DNA of 64,000 nt from Lama guanicoe (lineage: Eukaryota): the NCBI GenBank assembly GCA_013239625.1, contig MU053594.1:1740127-1804126 (forward strand), in the 5' to 3' direction. The stretch's first letter is position 1. Each line of letters begins with the position of its first letter. The position numbers and the translations under genes were made by a program. Shown piece after piece: positions 47,987-60,625 of this stretch. The notes under the pieces were generated by a model, which made no database searches, was not told the origin of the DNA, and was given only the letters and a program-made list of their open reading frames with translations.

Positions 47987-50900
47987 CACCTGGTTTTTGT
48001 TCTAATTAGCTAGGCAGATGATTTGGCATCTTGCAATTGAAGAAAAGCAACTGCTTTACTTTTTTTTTTTCGGACCTTTCTAGTAATTTTAATAAGTATG
48101 GCAGTTACTCACGGCCTTACAGAACTACAATTATTTATACTGACAATAAGTGTCAGATAGAACCACAGCACAGCAAACACACACACACAAAAATGCTCAC
48201 TAATGATGATGGTGATAACAGGAAAGCCAAGCTGGGAAAGTTTCATCAGTGAACTCTTCCTAGAATAGATGATTTTTAATCAAGACTTAAGAGACTTGTT
48301 TTGGTAGAGAAAATGAGGAAATAATTACTACATACTGTCGACTTCTCAAAAGTGCCATCACATGTATTTTAATTTTTTTACAGTAAGGAGAATAAGACTG
48401 TAGGGAAAAGTTTGTTTGGTGGAAAACTGCACTGTCTTCTTTTTTTTTTTTTTGAGGTATAATTGATATATAACATTGTATTAGTTTCTGGTGTACAATT
48501 AGGTACTTGTATAGACTGCAACCTGAACACCATAGTAAGTCTTGTTAGCATCTGTCACCATAGAGAGCTACAGAAATTTTTTTCTTGCGGTGAGAACTTT
48601 TAAGATCTCTCCTAGGAACTTTCAAATATGCAAACCATATTTGCAGATCATAGTGTATGATCTATCATGGAGAATACTCTCTGGGAACATGAAAAAATTT
48701 GTATTCTGATCAAGTTAGGTAGGATGTCCCAATATGTCACTTTAAGTCAGGGTACTTGGTAGTGTTCAAGTATTGTATGCTTTCTGTCCGGTTGTTCTGT
48801 TAAAGAGAGCACTGAAATCTTCAAGAACAAAAACAAAAGAAATATGCAATATAGTATTATTGACAATAGTTGCCCTGCCCTTTTGACTCCCTTCACTTGT
48901 TTTGCCTCTTATTTAAAATATTTGCCCTTATATGTGCAAACCATTACTTGTGTAACTGTGGTATCCAAGTGCACAGTTGGAGTGAACAATGCCCTCCCCT
49001 GAAATATAATGCTCAGCCTCCCAAACGCAAGTCTAGTTCAATCTCCTCAAGGCCTTCTGCTCCCCCTTAAGTGCTCAGCAACCCTGTGCAAGTACAGCGC
49101 CCAAAGAGGGGGAAAGAGAGACAAGCTCTCTTGACATTTGTCGCTGAAGGATGCCTCTGTCATCACCAGATTAGCTGTCCCTGGAAGAGTCACTCTGGGA
49201 GCTGGTTGCACAGATGCCCTGAGGAAACTCTGAGGGACTTTCCATTTGCTGATACAGTCTAGACTGAAAAGTTCCTCGAGAGACGTCAAGTTCATGCCTC
49301 ACTGTGAAGTTCGCTCAGAGGTTCTCAGGCTGACAGCTCTTTTGATGCAGCTACTTCCCAGGAGGCAAGTCTGCCCCAAGAAAGCTGGGTGAGGCCAGGT
49401 CCCAGCACTGTGCCCTTCACCTCCTCACTCCACCAGCACCAAGGCTGGCCCACTGGTTCCCTCTCCAGCCATCATGGTTATTTCATAGCAGGAAACTGGA
49501 ACTCCTGGCTTTACCTGCCACCAAGTCTTGAAGTTGGCCTCTCAGTTTGCCTCCCACTACACTCCCTAACCTTCAACGCTGGAGCAAAGTGTCTGTCCTT
49601 CCAAAGAAAGTTTCCCTGAGTTCCTCATAAATTTTCTACCTTCTCCTCCGAGCCATGCACATTAAGAAAATTGGAAGACGGAAGGAAAGTTATAGTTATA
49701 GTTTCTCCCTGGGGCAATGGAGGAAAAAGTCACAATTCCATAGTCAGGAAAGGCCAGTCAAGTGATTTCTTTGGGTAATTTCTGCTGTAAGTGATTTACT
49801 GCCTCCATTGAAAAGTCAAGAAGCAGCCCCATCTTAAAGTTCTGCCCGACAGGCATCGAGCTGCACTTAGAATCAATTAGCTTAGAACTTGAGAAATAAC
49901 ACTTCTGTGTTCCCCATGCAAAAATTCGGGTTTGAAATGAAAGTTTACTTTTCCTTTGCAATGAGAAAAAGAAATGAGGTAACTTCTACAAATAGATTTT
50001 GAGATCTTGAGATAGGTAATCCAATTACTAACTAGTCCTACTGCCACTGAAAAGCAGTCACACTGCATCCCACCAGCCCCCTCCTTTTTTTTTTTTTTTT
50101 TTGGGATTTCTGTTTTTTCCCAAAGCACTTCTTCCCAAAGCACTCCCAACTTAGAAGGAAAATAGCATTTAATTTGTACTATGGTTCTGAGTCTTTTTCT
50201 CAATCATCTTTCCTTATAGTTGGATATTCTGATATTTATAATAACTCTTGCATTTTACAGTATACAAAGGAAAATCTCAAATTAAAATGGATTCACCACT
50301 CTAATTATTCAAATAGCTACAACTCTCACCACAGTATTGCCAGAGTCCTCAGCCTTCACTCACCCCTGCAGCTGCCAAATTGAGAGAGGTGTGGGGATTT
50401 CCACCCAATTTCAAGGGTAATTGCTTGAAAAGAAAGTTATATTCAGATTAAGCAGCTCCACTGCCCGCGTGACTAATCTTGGTTCATCAGTTTCATGGGC
50501 CCTGCTGACTCACTTCTCCATTTAAGATGTTTCTTGGCCAGGAAATGACACTTACGCCACCAGAATCCATTTCCACTTTGAAGGATGCCAAAGTTATAAA
50601 GCAGCGTGGGAAAAGGCTCAGCTCCTTCTGTGTGAGTTACAACATGACTACCAGTAAAGGAGAAAAACGTTCTACCTTTTACAGGAATCCTTTGTTTATC
50701 TGACATTATTGACCAATGTTGAGAAGCAAAGCGGGGACGAGTGACCAACCAGACTGAGCTCTCCGGTTTGTCTGAGCCTTGATGGGGTCACCAAGGGTCA
50801 TGGATATGAGCTTCAAGCTCAAGGATCAGGTCCTCACATTTCTCCAGTTATACAGTAGAGATTAAGTTTTGGCTGTGCTCTTAAGAGACTAATTTATAAG

Positions 50901-51669
50901 CCAAAATGCCAATTTGTTCAGTTTTTATGCACACACAAATGCACATAATCAAACTGTCAAATGGATAAAATTCCAGTGTCCATTAGTCAATATAATCACT
51001 TCCCAGTTTTAAAAAGATCTATTTAGCAATCAAATCATTATCAGAAGTTTACTTTTGCCTATATTATCCCATCTATCGTCTTTTGTGCCTCCCCGTTGAG
51101 CCTGTGAACTCTTGGAGATCAGGACCTGTGTCTCTTTCATCTTTATATTCCCAGGGCCCAGCTCAGTGCCTGGTATACAGTAGACACTGAAATATTTTTT
51201 AATGCATGAGTGAATGAATAATAAAGACTAATGTGAAATCTCCCTGCAAATTGTCAGGCACTGTAACACACCAAGAATTATGACTCCGAATAAGGAATTA
51301 TGTCCTTAAGCTACAACAGACGAATGTACACACTTTCTCAACAGCAGTAACAGAACTATGAAAGCCACACAGGGGAGCAAGTGAAGGTGCATGTGTATCA
51401 GAGCAAGATTATTGTCATAATGTCGACGAACGTTTTCAGATGATGTTGTAAGAGATGTAAACCAGAGAAAATGAGGTTTCTTGAAGTATTTTAGATGGCA
51501 AAAATGTAAGAATGAATTGTGAAGAGAGAAAGGGGACCCCCCAAAACTAAAACTTCAAACCTCTGCACCGTGTCCACCAGTTCAGAGACTGGGCTCTACA
51601 CCCAATAGGAAACTGGGCAGTGTCTCCAAAAAAGACTGTTCAAAATTTCCCGTTTGCATTCCTTTTATT

Positions 51670-51810
51670 TAAAAAATTTTTTTGTGTTTTTTTCTTTTGG
51701 GGGGAAGTAATTAGGTTTATTTATTTACTTATTTATTTTAACGGAAGTACTGGGAAATGAACCCAGGACCTTGTGCACGCTAAGGAACCACTGAGCTATA
51801 CCCTCCCTCC
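51670..51810 (-). mobile_element. tRNA-derived SINE
   Basis: Reverse complement of the family consensus: 'gtaattaggttt...gtactggg...gaacccaggacc...ccactgagctataccctccc'. Confidence 0.88.
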
Positions 51811-53629
51811 TGCACTTATTTGACCTTAAAGAGCGGGAATGAGGAGAAACAAAAATATGGGTCGGTCAACGAGTGAAAAATTTTCAGAGAATATTATCAG
51901 GGTCATCTCACCTCACTGAGTGTGTTGACGTGAGATGTGGAGCACAGTTGGGCTAAAATGTGCACTGAGTTAGAAATAATCCATAGCAGATAGACCCTGG
52001 TCTGGCCAGAAGAATATTTTGAATTTCAAAATGTATTAGGTAAGACAAAGAAGCTAAATAAAAAGTTACTCAATTCTCCAAGCCTCTAAATCACAGGAAG
52101 AAATACATCAATGACAAACAAATCCCGAAGTCTGCTGTAACCGCCTTGAGGGAGAGGAACCAGTGACGGTCATGGTTTGGGGAAGGGGAGGAGGCGCCCT
52201 AGCCTGAGACTTGGCAGAGCCACCACATGGGTGAGTCATGGTTCAAGAGGCACTGTTAATTCAATACCTGCCGCCAGTCACATCTACTCGCTTACGGAAG
52301 AATCTTTAGACTGGAAGAAGGAGACGTGCAGAAAACAGAAAGTGTCGCTTCCTTCTTTATTCACAGCATCTTAGTTTCCTTCTATTTTAAGTGTAGGGTT
52401 TTTTTTTTAATCTCTGTTTTTATAAAATATTGAGATAGGCCAGGAAAGATTTGGATAAGCTCTTCTTAAGCCTTTTAGCAAAAATATTCCTTTCTTTCCT
52501 TTAGAAGGAACAGTTTTCTTGCTTCTTGTCCATGGTTTCTCTCCTGAAGGTCGCCACCCACCCCCAAATCATACACGTAGCTGGGATTTTTTTGTTTCGT
52601 TGTGTGTGATTTAGAGTTAGGAGAGGAAGCAGGAAAATCTTACTATAACAGCATTTTTTAAAAATCACAATTCCTCATGTACTAGATTGGCTGAGACTAA
52701 TAGAAAACCAGGCAATAGGTAGGAGTGAGGGGGAGATACAACTTCAACACAGCAGAAATCTATCAAGTGAAAAATTGCTAGAAACCGCAAACGAGGCTGG
52801 GACACACGCATCCCAATGTGCCTCCCAGATACAGATTTTAAAGGAAGATTCAACTACCACGCCATTGGACAGGAATCAGGACAAAAGGAAATTCCTACTC
52901 ACACTGCCTGGTAACACTGACTCTAAACAGATACCACCACATTCAAAGTTGAGAACAGAGGGGAAAAAAAATCAGCATGGAAACTATTTAAAACAAAACA
53001 AGAGAAAGAAAAAGTATTCCAGAGATTCACAGGCTTTATATATACCTTAATGATTTTTGGCTGGGGCCAGAAAAAAGTTATAGGAAATTATTGGGCACCT
53101 TAAGTAGAACTGAAGAAGACATGAATGTATGAGAGTGGGGAAATAGAAGATATAAGATAAGCAAAATAATTTGAAGCTATTATGGTGATTGGTACTTTTA
53201 AGTAAGTTTAAAATTTTTTTATAGAACCAGTTTTTAAAAACTAAAGATCTATTAGAGATAATAAATCTGCAAAATTGCAAAACATTGCAATCTGTTCAGC
53301 CACAAAGAAATAATCTCACTTCAATGTATGAGTGATATGAGTAAGAAAACAATTTGTAAAATCTCACTTAAAATGGTAAGAATGATCATCGTGGGAATAA
53401 TCTAATTTAGATAATAAAAGCTATTTGGGGAAAAATGATGAAACTTATTAAGAGAAATAAAGGAACCCGAAAACAGATAAATGCTCGTAACAAGAAAACT
53501 GTTGTGAAGATGGCAGTTCTTTTCAAGTTAATATGCAGATTTAATGCAAATACCTAAAGCAGATCACATTAATAGGTATGGGTTAAAATTTCTTATTCAT
53601 ATACTTCTTTGTCATAACATTTCTTGTAA

Positions 53630-54170
53630 GCTCTAGGGTCTTATGCATTAATTATATTTTTTATGCTTTATGATGTTTTGACATCTTTAGGGTCCTGGCT
53701 GGCTGGGGAGAGACTGCCCTTCAGGGCTAGTGAATTCCCGAGACAGTAAACAACCTGTTGGTCGGTGAGCCCATGTTTCCTATACAAACCAACCAATTCC
53801 AAGTCCAGACGGCCTTTATCTAGCGCTCACACCCACAGCCCACATTTTGCCTGTCCTAAATCAACTCAGAGCTAGACACCAGATGACTAGCCACAGCCCT
53901 GTGTCCCAGAGCCCACTGGAATTCCTCAAACAATCCTAAACTGTTTGCTTTTCCCTGCTTTGCCTTTCCTACAGAATATACAACAAAGGAAACATAGCAA
54001 AGGCTGCGGCCTGTGCTTTTCCCTCCCTCCTCTCTGCCTCCAGAGGAGCCTCTGGTGCGCCCCCTGTGGCCCTGTGTGGCATGACAGGCTTTTCATTTTT
54101 AGGGCAACTTTTTCTTACAGTAACATTGAACTCTGTGTTTTCACTCAGTCATTTTTATAAAGTAAGAGCT
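53630..54170 (+). mobile_element. solo LTR (MER74/MER77-like; family uncertain)
   Basis: 'gagactgcccttcagggctagtgaattcccgagacagtaaacaac...caaaccaaccaattcc...cccagagcccactggaattc'. Confidence 0.55.
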
Positions 54171-54217
54171 GGGCACAACTCGTGTTACTTTTCTGCATTC
54201 TTTGGCCATGATACATA

Positions 54218-54340
54218 GTTTTTTTTTGATGGGTGGGGGTGGATAATTAGGTTTATTTATTTTTGATGGAGCTACTGGGGATTGAACCCAAGACCTTATG
54301 CATGCTAACCACGCACTCTACCGCTGAGCTATACCCTCCC
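54218..54340 (-). mobile_element. tRNA-derived SINE
   Basis: 'tactggggattgaacccaagacc...gcactctaccgctgagctataccctccc'. Confidence 0.88.
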
Positions 54341-56935
54341 TATCCCAGCTTCCTTTTTTTTAATGTCTAGTTTTTGTTGTCAGAAGCAGCTGCTGCAAAA
54401 AATATATATATTTTATTTACAATGTTGAGCATCTATTGATCATTCACTAGCCACACATTCATCGGGTGAGCACTGCTCGTTTGCTGATAAAAAAGACAGA
54501 GGCTACAGAAGTCACAATTTGTTCATTCATTCTATGGCTTTTCCCTGACTATTTAGCATGTGCTGGACAGTGTGCTGAGTGCAGGAGTGCGGCTCCAAAG
54601 TCATCTGAGACATGATCCTAGCCCTTAAAAGTGTCACAATCCAGCTGGGTAAGTAAAACATGAACAGAAAATTTCCATTGTGATTGGAAGTTAAGTGAAA
54701 ATTTAACCTAGAGACCACTCTTTTGCTTTCACATCCTTTTTAAAGTTCTCCCAGAGTTGTTTCACAGCCATAATGCTGATACTAAAGTCCCATTTGTATA
54801 AGTGTTTACTAATTTTGCCAGAAGAAGGAAAATGATTAGTAGGTATTTTCTGAGAATGAACGAAAGAAAACTATACAAGATTCAGAGTCAAATCTGAAGA
54901 CTTCTGCAGATTATTCTGTTTTGTTACTGTTTGTTTCTTTTTAATTGAACTACAGTCAGTTATGATGTGTCAGTTTCTGGTGTACAGCACAATGTCCCAG
55001 TCTTGCATATACATACATATATTGATTTTCATATTATTTTGTCACTGCTGAAGGAGAAATATGATTCCACTGCATTTCACTTGGCTTCTAAGAATAGTTG
55101 CATTTTTTTCTTTTTAAACTGAGAAACATGGCTGAAAAACCAGAGGAAAAATACAAAACACACACATTTTTGTCAGGAAAAGGGTTATATGGCAATAACA
55201 AAACTTTTACCAATTAAAAAATACATAAATACAATTAAATTCTTATAGCAGCAATCATTATTTTAAAGCTGGGTTAACTTCCTGAGAATAATATGTAACC
55301 AGATTAATTCAAAATGGAATATGCAACTCTCTAGCTAATTAAATAAATAAGTTGGGAAAAGGCAAAAAAAAAAAAGATGAAAAGACACTGATGGCACCCA
55401 TGTACACACACACAATCCTGGATGACAATGAATAAAAAGATGGGGAAGAGTTGGCAGAGAAGGCGAGGAAAGTCATTCCGGGAAGAGGGAAGAGATGCAA
55501 AACATGTTTTGATAATGTTTTGACTTCAGCATCTAATTGCTTACACACCTGTGACCAGGCACCCTTGCTCAGTTTTCCTCTTATGCTTCTCTATAACTTT
55601 GGTTCATTATAGCAATTTTTTCTTTCCACTTTCACTACAACCTTTGGGGCATCTTTCAATAGGCTGGCCTGGGAGCTTTGCTTTTAATCAAATCCTCTCC
55701 CCCATTATAACTTTAAAACGTTGTGCAGGAAAATTAAATGCTATGGGAACCCCATTCCCCATTTTTTTTCTCCCCGGACTTACCTTGCAAACTTATTTAT
55801 ATTACAGCCCTTTACTGTCTATATCATAAACTTCCACTTACCTATCTGTGTCCCCCACCAGATCATGTGCTCATGGGGTAGATGAACTCTTTTTTTTTTT
55901 CTGTGAATATTAACATTTATGTTGAAAGGAACCCAACAGGGCATCGAATGAGTCTAACCCCTCTTTCTCACAGGACCCTGGTCAAGCTGATTTGTTTTCT
56001 CCATCTTTTCTGCTTTTCTGCCTGCTACAACATAACTTCACAGTTGTGTTATTAAGCTTTCTCATCTTTGATAATCACACAAGTGCTATGGTATCTAATT
56101 ACGGTTTTAATTATTATTAAGCTAAAGATGTTGTTATTTTCATATATTTTAAAGTCATTTGTCTGTCTCTAGCTTTGCTCACTTTTCTACAGAGCTGTTT
56201 GTAGTCCTCACACTTCACCCCAGCTTCCTTGGCCACATGTCAGCTCGTCTTTCAGAATCTAGGTCAAAACTCATCGCCCAGGAAATTTGCAAGCAAATTC
56301 TTACGGTACCCTTTGTTGTAACACTGCTTGATGTGCTTAACTATTATTGCACTTACTAAGCTGCACTGCAATCATTTATCTGTTGTCCCAACTAGACTAT
56401 GAATTCCTTTTAAGGGGAGAGAAATTCTTATCACTTTATCCACAGTACTGGCAGAATGCCAATCACGTAAGGTACTTAGTACCTATCAAAGGAGTGAATG
56501 TTTCTGACTTCTTTGACAACCTTGTGAAATTGACTCCTACTTTCCACTGCCACCGTCAGAGTTCATGTTTCCTTCTTCCATGTTTCTTTTTACACAGCCT
56601 TCTGCCTGAAGCTTACCAACCTTCTTAATGTCGCTTAAATTCTTCCTGAAGCACAATTGTGATCATGTCCTGCTTAACCTCAGAAATGTCCTATTGCCGT
56701 TAGCCCCTGCCTCATTTTTCCCTGCTGTCACAGCGGCTCAGAGCAAACAATGATCTTTCAAAGTGACAGCTCAGCTGAAACCTAATTACAGAACTAACAG
56801 GGACCTGGGGCAGGCAGTACCCAGCCAGCCTCCACTCCAACATCTCAATCACCATCTAAGGAAGTTAATTAGCATTAGAAACCCTTCCAAATCCAGACTA
56901 GGATCTGATGGTATTAGTGATACAGGAGGCCCACG

Positions 56936-57009
56936 TCACCCAGTTACTGCCCTCCCATTTCACCACTCCCCTTCACCCAGTTACTGCCCTCCCATTTCAC
57001 CACTCCCCT
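56936..57009. repeat. perfect 37-bp tandem duplication
   Basis: tcacccagttactgccctcccatttcaccactcccct x2. Confidence 0.95.
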
Positions 57010-57810
57010 TTACCGCAGTGGTGTACTGGGGGTTGGGGGTGGAATGACACTAAAGGGGAGAATTTTAAAACAATAATAAAATTGATTAAAGGTCGGTCCA
57101 CTTTTTATCATCATCATGAATCACCAATTCTAAACAATGTTCATAATAAGATACTCCTCCTGGCTCCCACCACCACCACTCCTTGGTCAACCACTGCTAT
57201 TCAGGCATCATTCCCTTTTGAGACCTTTAACCGGCCCCAAAACAGAATTAATCACCTCTTCCTAAACACTTAATACACAACTGAATATCCTACAAGGCCA
57301 TAAACACGTTAGGGATATCTTATCTTTAACCTCTAGCATAGACATTCCTGAACACACCCTTCTAGCCAGCTCCCCTTCAACTTTGCCTCAGCTGTCCAGC
57401 GAGGTCCTCAGTGAGTGACATGCACCAAGTTCCAGCTTCTCTGTGATGCCAGGAGAAACAAACCAGCATGCCTCACACTCATCCCTTAGATCAGACTAAC
57501 TGCATACAGAATATAATTGGAATTCCAAAGGCTGGCATTCACAGAACACCACAATCTGGACCTCATTCTAATTCCTACGATTTAGTCTTATTTCTCTATG
57601 CTTATCAAATGGCTTAGACTCAGTGTATTTCTGCCTGTTACAGGTAAGTCATTTTTGCATTACAGTACTTTGTGTCTGATTTACCGAACTGCTAAGCTCC
57701 AGAAGGAAATTTACACACTCATTCCTGTTTCAGTGCTGTAGATGCAACAGACACTCAGTTCTACTGAATAAGACTAAGGACAATTGAGACATAAAAGAGT
57801 AGAATACATT

Positions 57811-57831
57811 TTTATTATACAGCATTTTATT
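57811..57831 (-). terminator. SDHD: SDHD polyadenylation signals (two AATAAA)
   Basis: tttatt at 57811-57816 and 57826-57831, about 800 nt after the stop. Confidence 0.7.
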
Positions 57832-58625
57832 TTTAAAAAAACTTTATCTTCATAGAATACCTTTTCACATTAGAGATTCCCACTGTGAGAAAACAACAAT
57901 TACTGATAATTTGTATTTGTGGACAAATTATTTCAGGACAAGTAAAATAAACACATCTGAGGATTAAGTCCCAGTCTAGAATGCAGAAAATTTTGATACA
58001 TCTATAAAGGGACCTCTTCCTTACATGGAACTTCTCTATATTCAGAAACTCTCCAGGCTTTTCTTCCTAGGATTTAGAAATTAGTAACTGAAATATTAGT
58101 ATTTCCTACTTTTAAAATTTCCCTAGGACATGTAACCATCAATAACTGGTATTGACTGAATAGGGTCGGGGGAAGTTTTCAAAAATTAAACACTGTCTAA
58201 TTTTCTGCAAAGTCTTTACTTATGAATTAACAGTCTTTCCCTCTCTCCAGCATCCTAGGACAAATAACAGACGTTTGATCAGATATTGAGAGTGATAAAG
58301 CCGAATTCCCTTTAAGAGTCTGAGAAAATTAAAAGGCAAAAGCTCATATGTAATGTGTAGTTATACGGTCAGTCTTGAGAGAAGCTGAGAGACAGCCCTG
58401 TTAACTCCCCAGAATACAGAACTCAGCCTCCCCATCTCTGGGATGCAATTCCTCTCAAATCTCTCCTCAAAGATCAAATTCTAAAAATAACCAGGTGATT
58501 AGGAGAAGAGGTCTGTCTCCCCATTGGACTTATCTGTAATTTCCTTCTTATTGTGAGCTGAACGGCATGACAGAGCAGAGGCAAGGAGGTATACAATCAC
58601 TTCTCAAAGCGTTAAGTCTAAAAGG

Positions 58626-58791
58626 TCACAGCTTCCACAGCATAGCGACAGCTCTGCAGATGCCCACGTCATGGTAGTTGAAATAGCAAAGCCCAGCAAA
58701 GGTGAGAGCTGAGAGCATCAGGAGGCCTGCCTTGGCGGTTTTCTGCAATGTGTCTCCTCGAACATAGTCGGTAACAACTTGTCCGATGCCC
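58626..58791 (-). CDS. SDHD: succinate dehydrogenase cytochrome b small subunit, exon 4 (166 nt coding)
   Basis: (W)[54 protein letters not shown]; acceptor gttcttcag; stop TGA at 58626-58628. Confidence 0.98.
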
Positions 58792-59111
58792 CTGAAGAAC
58801 AAAACAAATCACGGTACAAATGAAAAACCGCAAGTGAAGGCTATACGGTTAACTTGACTGCAGAAAATAGTCACGGTCAAAATGCCAAACTCCTAGTAAC
58901 AAGAATCATAAACCAAAATGAAGGAATCAAGCACTTTCTAATAATATAATAAATACAGACTTCCTTCTATTCTTCAGACTTCATTTTCCAAGTCATTTGT
59001 ATCAGAGACAGTAACGAACTGCTACTCTCTTTAGAAAATCTTGGGTTTTTTTTTTACAAAACCAAAACAAATGGTCTACAGAGGTTTTCATCAATTTAAA
59101 AGGAATTTATT

Positions 59112-59297
59112 GCGAAAATAAATGTGACAATGAATATATGTACGTTCATGTATAACGGGAAAATTGTGCTCTACACTAGAATTTGATACAGCATTGTAAA
59201 ATGACTATAACTCAATAAAAAATGTTAAAAAATAAAATAAAAACCCGCTGAGAGGAGTTCTCAAATAAATAAATTAATTAATTAAATAGGCAAAAAA
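59112..59297 (+). mobile_element. short young 5'-truncated LINE-1 insertion with 14-bp target-site duplication
   Basis: aaaaggaatttatt at 59098-59111 and 59298-59311; TT|AAAA target; L1-type tail 'aatgactataactcaataaaaaa'. Confidence 0.85.
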
Positions 59298-59679
59298 AAA
59301 AGGAATTTATTTAGCAGATATCACGTGTCATAATCTGTTACAGATGTTGGGAGTACAGCAAATTAGACAGCATTCCTGAGCTTACAGAACACACATTCTA
59401 GTGAAGAAAGAAAAAGCAGACACGTGCTAGGAAGAAACAGAACAGGAAGCCTCAGAAAGGATGGCTTGAATGAGAAGAACCCTCCAAACCCTGGCCCCTT
59501 CGAGCAATAGTAACAAGGTTATGTGGCTGGAGAGCAGGGAGAGCAAAAGGCAGGGACAGATCACATAGGCCTTGAGGGTCATGATAAGGACTTTGACTTT
59601 GACTTGAACTATAAGGGAAACCACAGAAGTGCTTCAAGTAGGGAGGGACCCAAGTAAGGAGTGACCTAATTTTGCTTTT

Positions 59680-60625
59680 TTTAAATAACAGTTTTATTGA
59701 GATATAATTCACATACCACAAAGGGAACAACTCTGTGGTTTTTAGTATACTCTCGAATTGGGCAACACCATCACTGTTTAATCCCAGAATAGTTTCATCA
59801 CCCTCAAAATAAACCCTGCACCCTCGAGTCTATTGCCCAATCACTAATTTGTTTTCTGTCTCTACAGACTTGCCTATTCAGGGCATTGTACATAAATGGA
59901 ATCATGTACTATGTGGCCTTTTGTGTTAAGTTTCCTTTCCCTAGCATAACGTTTTCAAGGTTCATCCACGTTGTGGCAGGTATCAGCACTTCGTTCCTTT
60001 GTTATGTCCAAATAATATTCCTCTGTAAAAATACATCACATTTTGTTTAGCTATGCATCAGCTGATCAACTGAGAGACAGCTGGATTGTTTCCACTTTTT
60101 GCCTATTACAAACAACACCACTATGATCTGTACAAATCTGTGTGTGGATGGGAACATGTTTTCAATTTTGGGAGGTACTGCTGAGTCATACAGTAACTCT
60201 TTTATAATATGCTAACTCATATTATAGCTCTTTGTTATAATAACTCTTTGTTGGACCTGCCAAACTGTTTTCCAAAGTAGCTGCACCACGTTTCACATTC
60301 CCAGCAGAAATATATGAGGACTCCAGCTTCTCCACACTCTTGAAACACTCCTTATTGTCCACCTTTTTTATTACAGCCATACTAGTAGGTGTAAAGTGGT
60401 ACACCTGAGATCAGTGTGGTTTTTTTTTAATTGAAGTACAGTGAGTTACAATGTGTCAATTTCTGGTGTACAGCACAGTGTCCCAGTCATGCACAGATAT
60501 ACATATATTCATTTTCATATTCTTTTTCTCAATGTGGCTTTGATTTGTATTTCTCTAATAACAAAGAACGTTGAGCATTTTTTCATGTGCCTCTTTGCCA
60601 TTTGCTTATCTTCTTTGGATAAATG
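59680..60625 (-). mobile_element. older LINE-1 3' end within an antisense L2, with a nested short L1 tail at ~60419-60530
   Basis: 'ttattgagatataattcacatacca...aatggaatcat...ggttcatccacgttgt...gttgagcattttttcatgtg'. Confidence 0.85.

Noticed and set aside
52140..52380. Possible exon with donor TGG|GTGAGT at 52230
   Set aside because: No convincing partner exons or coding similarity; the motif is equally an AP-1 site (TGAGTCA at 52232-52238)
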